Shown here piece after piece: positions 60,015 through 64,000 of a stretch of DNA of 64,000 nucleotides. Source of the stretch: Anaerolineae bacterium (lineage in GTDB: Bacteria; Chloroflexota; Anaerolineae; JAADDB01); NCBI GenBank assembly GCA_015486845.1, contig WFQU01000160.1, positions 3,313 through 67,312 on the forward strand, read 5' to 3'. The first letter of the stretch is position 1. Each line of letters begins with the position of its first letter. The notes under the pieces are model-generated. The model made no database searches. It was not told the origin of the DNA and saw nothing but the letters and a program-made list of their open reading frames with translations. A program made the translations under genes and the position numbers.

Positions 60015-61079
60015 CTATGGCAACGGCATCGTAAAATCATAATAAGTGATGACGACCATGGCAGCCAATAGCAATACCATACCAACAGCGTGCACCAGGC
60101 CCTCTTTTTCCGGTGGTATTCGCTTGCCGCGACGAAGCGCCTCTATAACAATAAAAGCTAACCGTCCCCCATCCAAAGCCGGCAAAGGTAACAAATTCGT
60201 AAGTCCCAAGGCCATGCTAACAATAGACAAAATCCAGGCAATGGCAAACGTTTTATCCTGCGAGGTCGGTTGTGCATTGACAATTCGGTTGGTTACACGG
60301 TAGATACCCACGGGACCGGTAAGCCGAGCATCTTGAGCGGATAAGCTGTGGCGCAATAATTTTGCTGGTAGCGTCACAGTCTCCACGACAAAATTCGTTA
60401 GATCCAGCAAGGCGTGATCCACGGCCTGCAAAACCGGCAAGTGCACGAAATAAGGCGAACCGCCATCTATATACACGCCCAGTTCATATCTGCCATCCCT
60501 CAAAACCGGCTTGATCGGGATGACGATCTTCTGCCCGTCGCGCATCACGACCAAACGAATAGAACCATTCGGAGAGGAAGTCACGATCGACGCCACCACT
60601 TTCGGCAGGCTCGATCGGGGAACAACATGACTGTGCCCATCATAATCAATAATATCAAGAATCACATCGTTCGGCTTCAACCCAGCTTGAGCAGCCGGTG
60701 TATCCGCCACAACACTTTGTATATGAGCGCCCACAGGAAAAGAAATAGTATAAGCGGCCGCCAACAAGATAACAGCAAAAAAGATGTTCATAGCCGGCCC
60801 GGCCAAAAGTGTCAGTGTGCGTCCTTTCATCGAAGCCTGATAAAAACTGCCCTCCCCCTCAGGGCGATCCTCGCCCCGCATGCGAGCAAATCCGCCCAGG
60901 GGCAATAAATTCAGCGTAAATTCAGTACCTTGCCAATCGAAAAGATGAAAGATTTTGGGAGGTAAGCCAATGCCGAATTCTTCGACGACAATACCATTTT
61001 TTCTCGCCACCCAGAAATGACCGAATTCATGCAAGAAAATTAGCAATCCAAGCAAAAGAACAAACATCAAAACATGCAT
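60015..61079 (-). CDS. rseP: site-2 protease (M50 family, RseP-like) with a PDZ domain
   Basis: HEFGHFWVA (HExxH), PDZ, and the C-terminal LDGG motif (LPLPALDGG). Confidence 0.8.
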   Translation of the reverse strand: MHVLMFVLLLGLLIFLHEFGHFWVARKNGIVVEEFGIGLPPKIFHLFDWQGTEFTLNLLPLGGFARMRGEDRPEGEGSFYQASMKGRTLTLLAGPAMNIFFAVILLAAAYTISFPVGAHIQSVVADTPAAQAGLKPNDVILDIIDYDGHSHVVPRSSLPKVVASIVTSSPNGSIRLVVMRDGQKIVIPIKPVLRDGRYELGVYIDGGSPYFVHLPVLQAVDHALLDLTNFVVETVTLPAKLLRHSLSAQDARLTGPVGIYRVTNRIVNAQPTSQDKTFAIAWILSIVSMALGLTNLLPLPALDGGRLAFIVIEALRRGKRIPPEKEGLVHAVGMVLLLAAMVVITYYDFTMPLP

Positions 61080-61458
61080 AACAGGTTTTTCACTTTCTGA
61101 GCGCCCAGGTTAGCAATCACCGTAACGTAATCGCCATGCGCAAATAATTATATTCGATTTCAAGACAACGTTCCCAATAGTGATGCATTATACTTTTCCT
61201 TGTATCTTATAGCAAGCAATTCACGCCGAGGGTAAACGAGAACAAGAGATAGTACTTAGCCCAAATACTATGAACACGGGAATTAGCGCCAAACAAGATA
61301 AATCAGACAAAAGTCCAACAGAAATAAGCCCCTAACAGGAAAAAAGCGTGCTACAATATAATTACGTGGGCGTAATGTGAAAGGTAGATTTTCCAAGGTG
61401 GAAGAGAGCACAGCCCATTCAGTCGACTTAGCGAAGAACAGTCAGCGTAAAGGAGACT

Positions 61459-61665
61459 ATGATGAAACTATTCACCGAAAAGTTCGAGGTTGGTATGCAC
61501 GTACGCATTCAAGAAGGACGCGCATTTGCCGGACAAGAAGCAGAAGTCATTGACGTAATGCCTGCTTATGTAGACATCAAACTTCTATCCAACGGATTGA
61601 CAATGCGGATGTTACCTTACGATCTAAAACCCATCATGGCAAAGACAGAAAAAGCCACCGCATAG
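61459..61665 (+). CDS. hypothetical small protein
   Basis: 68-aa ORF. No family recognised. Confidence 0.35.
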   Translation: MMKLFTEKFEVGMHVRIQEGRAFAGQEAEVIDVMPAYVDIKLLSNGLTMRMLPYDLKPIMAKTEKATA

Positions 61666-61756
61666 CTATTGCAAAGCAAAATGCAGAACAGATTATTTTC
61701 GTCTAATCCTTGGTGTCCTGAGAGCAGTGTGCAAACGAAGCAACACACATCAAATG

Positions 61757-61790
61757 AGCGGCGACTACCACAAATGTAGTGGTCGCCGCT
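61757..61790. terminator. convergent-gene hairpin (candidate bidirectional terminator)
   Basis: agcggcgac...gtcgccgct stem between the 61459(+) and 61798(-) genes. Confidence 0.35.
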
Positions 61791-61797
61791 TGTGTCC

Positions 61798-62001
61798 TCA
61801 ATCGCCGTAACGACGATCCAAAGGAGCAGATTCGACTTCCAACCCATCGGCTCTCCGCTCCCCCACCAAATGCGCCAACATTTCCCAGTCAGGTGGCGCA
61901 TATCCATCATTCAAAAACTCTGGAAACGCCATTTCCCAATCCGGTTTCTCCTCTTCCATCCAGAACGTCTTCTCTGCCATTTTCCTTCTCTCCTCCGTCA
62001 A
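61798..62001 (-). CDS. hypothetical small acidic protein with duplicated PDWEM motif
   Basis: EKPDWEMAFPEF...APPDWEMLAHL. Confidence 0.4.
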   Translation of the reverse strand: MTEERRKMAEKTFWMEEEKPDWEMAFPEFLNDGYAPPDWEMLAHLVGERRADGLEVESAPLDRRYGD

Positions 62002-62046
62002 TAATTATCGCCTGCCCTCAACATCAAAATACGATAGCTAAACCCA

Positions 62047-62080
62047 ACAAAAAAACCTCTTCCTGCTGGAAGAGGTTTTG
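62047..62080. terminator. bidirectional intrinsic terminator (A-run, 10-bp stem, U-run)
   Basis: aaaaaACCTCTTCC-tgct-GGAAGAGGTTttgt. On the minus strand it reads hairpin plus TTTTTT. Confidence 0.7.
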
Positions 62081-62118
62081 TACACTAATATTTTTGATGC
62101 AATAGAACTTGCTTAAGC

Positions 62119-62208
62119 TTATCCCCCTCCAGCAGCTAACTCCTCCCGGCCCAATACGACCAGGAGGCTAATAATGATAAGGCTGCTAAGAACGAGTACA
62201 AAAGACAT
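62119..62208 (-). CDS. possible 29-aa hydrophobic micropeptide
   Basis: MSFVLVLSSLIIISLLVVLGREELAAGGG. A GAGGAG ribosome-binding site lies 7 nt upstream of the ATG, and the bidirectional terminator is immediately downstream. Confidence 0.3.
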   Translation of the reverse strand: MSFVLVLSSLIIISLLVVLGREELAAGGG

Positions 62209-62278
62209 CACAAGCTCCTCAAATCATTCACTTCACTAAGCACTACCATGCGCATCCTACGCAAAAGAAAACAATCTG

Positions 62279-62947
62279 TCAAATTTCCTCTCTTCCGATT
62301 GCAACGCGATAATCCAGGCAACAACGGCCAAAATGTTGATGGCAGACCTCAACAACCTCATATTCCGGCACTACACCAATAGAACACAAAAGTTCCGCCA
62401 CAAGCGATAGCGGCAAGCCCATCACATTCGCGTAGCAGCCATCCACCTCAGCGACAGGTCGGAAGGTACGGCTTTGCACGGCATAAGCACCCGCCTTGTC
62501 CAACGGATCTCCGCTGGCAACATAAGCTGCAACCTCAGCGGCGCTATAATTGCGCAGTAATACCGTGCTGCGTTCCACTTCCACCCGCAGCGGGCCCCGG
62601 CCAGCCAACACTACCGCTGTTATTACTTCATGCCGGCGGCCACGTAATGCTTTCAACATAGCGCTCGCTTCCTGCGGGCTGGCCGGCTTGCCCAAAACTT
62701 TCCCGTCCAGCACGACAATGGTATCGGCTGCCAAGATCGCAGCATCGGGGTAGTGCGCCATGACAAACTGCGCTTTCGCTGCAGCCAAACGTCGTACCAT
62801 CTGTTCAGGATTTTCGCTGGGCACCGGTCGTTCGTCCACATCAGTCGACACAGCGGTGAAAGTAATACCTAAATCGGTTAATAATTGGCGGCGTCTCGGC
62901 GATCCGGAAGCTAACACCAAGCGCGTAGCCCCACAAAGCGAAGTCAA
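62279..62947 (-). CDS. maf: Maf-like nucleoside triphosphate pyrophosphatase
   Basis: LVLASGSPRRRQLLTDLGITF... Confidence 0.85.
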   Translation of the reverse strand: MTSLCGATRLVLASGSPRRRQLLTDLGITFTAVSTDVDERPVPSENPEQMVRRLAAAKAQFVMAHYPDAAILAADTIVVLDGKVLGKPASPQEASAMLKALRGRRHEVITAVVLAGRGPLRVEVERSTVLLRNYSAAEVAAYVASGDPLDKAGAYAVQSRTFRPVAEVDGCYANVMGLPLSLVAELLCSIGVVPEYEVVEVCHQHFGRCCLDYRVAIGREEI

Positions 62948-63040
62948 GTGTTAATTTTCCCCTCACACAAAAAACGGCGAGCCGCCCAGATTACAACCTC
63001 GGCGACCCGCCTTTTTCGCATCACTTACAACGACTCACGC

Positions 63041-64000
63041 TTATCGCAAACCAGCCATTTCTTGCAACATGTGCCAGTTAGCCAACCGATCCTGCATGGA
63101 CACATTAAGTATCTCTTTAGGCGTCCCATCAGGATAAAAATTCTTGGCAAAGCGCCCTTGCGTCCGAGCAAAAGTGATGAAATTCACTTCTTCCTTCGTT
63201 TTCGGATTCACATACCAGTCATCTTTCATGGCCGGATTGCCCTTCAAGCTCAGCCGCTCGCGAATGGTATCACCTTTGCGTGGATCGTACATTACCAGCG
63301 GGTAAGTTCTCGAATCGACAGCCAAACGAGCTGTCATCAAAGCTTCATCATCGCCGATACCGTGCTCCGGCATGCAAGCAGTGTAAACGACTACGACCGC
63401 CGGACCATCGAACGAATTAGCATCCATGATCGCTCTGTAAAAATGATTGATGTGCGCCGGCGTGGTCTGGGCCACAAAAGTGTTCGGATGCATCATAGCA
63501 ATGCGGGCAATCTCTTTCCGCCGTTCTGTTTTGCCGGGAATAGCCTTGCCGACTGCGGACATCTTGGCGTCCTGACCAGTAAAAGACGACGTAGAAGTTT
63601 GACCACCGGTGTTGGAATAAACCTGCGTGTCCAGAATCAACACCTTGATGTCCATCCCCGAGGCTAACATGCGGGAGAGAGCCTGGAAACCAATATCATA
63701 CATGGCGCCATCGCCACCGAATACCCAAAGCCGCTTCTTTCCCCAGCCTAACTGGTTCCAGCGCAACCGAACCCCCATGGCATCGGTCGCTGCGTTCTCG
63801 AACAGCGAATTCGTCCACGGCACCAAGAATGGATTATACGGATAGGTAGAACCATAGACAGTGTTACAGCCGGTGGCTGCCACGATGCCGATATTCTCCC
63901 GGCCGTACACAAAGCCGGTAGCTGCTAACATCATGCGAATGCTCGTCGCCTCGCCGCAACCGGCACACGAACCAGCACCGCCCACGTAAAGCAAAGCATG
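63041..64000 (-). CDS. pyruvate:ferredoxin (flavodoxin) oxidoreductase, partial (C-terminal TPP-binding domain; the N-terminus lies beyond the window end)
   Basis: GGDGAMYDIGFQAL and CAGCGE Fe-S/TPP domain segments. The ORF continues past 64000. Confidence 0.8.
   Translation of the reverse strand, partial: HALLYVGGAGSCAGCGEATSIRMMLAATGFVYGRENIGIVAATGCNTVYGSTYPYNPFLVPWTNSLFENAATDAMGVRLRWNQLGWGKKRLWVFGGDGAMYDIGFQALSRMLASGMDIKVLILDTQVYSNTGGQTSTSSFTGQDAKMSAVGKAIPGKTERRKEIARIAMMHPNTFVAQTTPAHINHFYRAIMDANSFDGPAVVVVYTACMPEHGIGDDEALMTARLAVDSRTYPLVMYDPRKGDTIRERLSLKGNPAMKDDWYVNPKTKEEVNFITFARTQGRFAKNFYPDGTPKEILNVSMQDRLANWHMLQEMAGLR

Noticed and set aside
1-64000. IS elements, transposases or integrases flanking the accessory-looking islets
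   Set aside because: No transposase-, integrase- or recombinase-like ORF and no long terminal inverted repeats bounding a gene were seen. Only short non-autonomous repeats were found.

Overview
A 64 kb chromosomal window of about 57-58% GC from a bacterium. The Thr-Pro linker-rich secreted proteins and a division and cell wall (dcw) cluster that lacks murE suggest a Chloroflexota-like organism, but this is inference only. The content is mostly housekeeping. (1) The 3' part of aspS lies at the left edge, followed by an AIM24-family protein, an FAD oxidoreductase, a LysE-type exporter and an MFS transporter. (2) A surface-glycan locus follows: a GT2, a membrane protein, a GT4, GtrA and an O-antigen-ligase-like protein, then a second block of a GT4, DeoC, a catalytically degenerate ProRS paralogue and a GtrB-like GT2, with smpB, moeA and lepB in between. 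(3) Next come a branched-chain amino-acid ABC transporter (livKHMGF type) fused to alr, an aldo-keto reductase, a large LamG/beta-propeller secreted protein, and a pncA/NAPRTase NAD-salvage pair. (4) A near-complete dcw cluster runs on the minus strand in transcription order mraZ-rsmH-ftsL-ftsI-murF-mraY-murD-ftsW-murG-(2x CvpA-like)-murC-murB-ddl-ftsQ-ftsA-ftsZ, with no murE. (5) An accessory-looking stretch contains a homocysteine S-methyltransferase-domain protein, a coupled hypothetical protein and small membrane proteins. (6) At the right end are an acylphosphatase, TPR, HEAT and zinc-ribbon/LysM proteins, RseP, Maf and a partial pyruvate:ferredoxin oxidoreductase. The most unusual sequence-level features are two or three families of mosaic intergenic repeats that always sit in 5' regions of operons with a fixed orientation, and one module that ends in a conserved Shine-Dalgarno-containing leader immediately upstream of five unrelated start codons. 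Also notable are a ProRS homologue with an eroded catalytic core but an intact INS/anticodon-binding architecture embedded in the glycan locus, and a textbook MraZ operator. No CRISPR array, tRNA, rRNA or IS/transposase gene was recognised.
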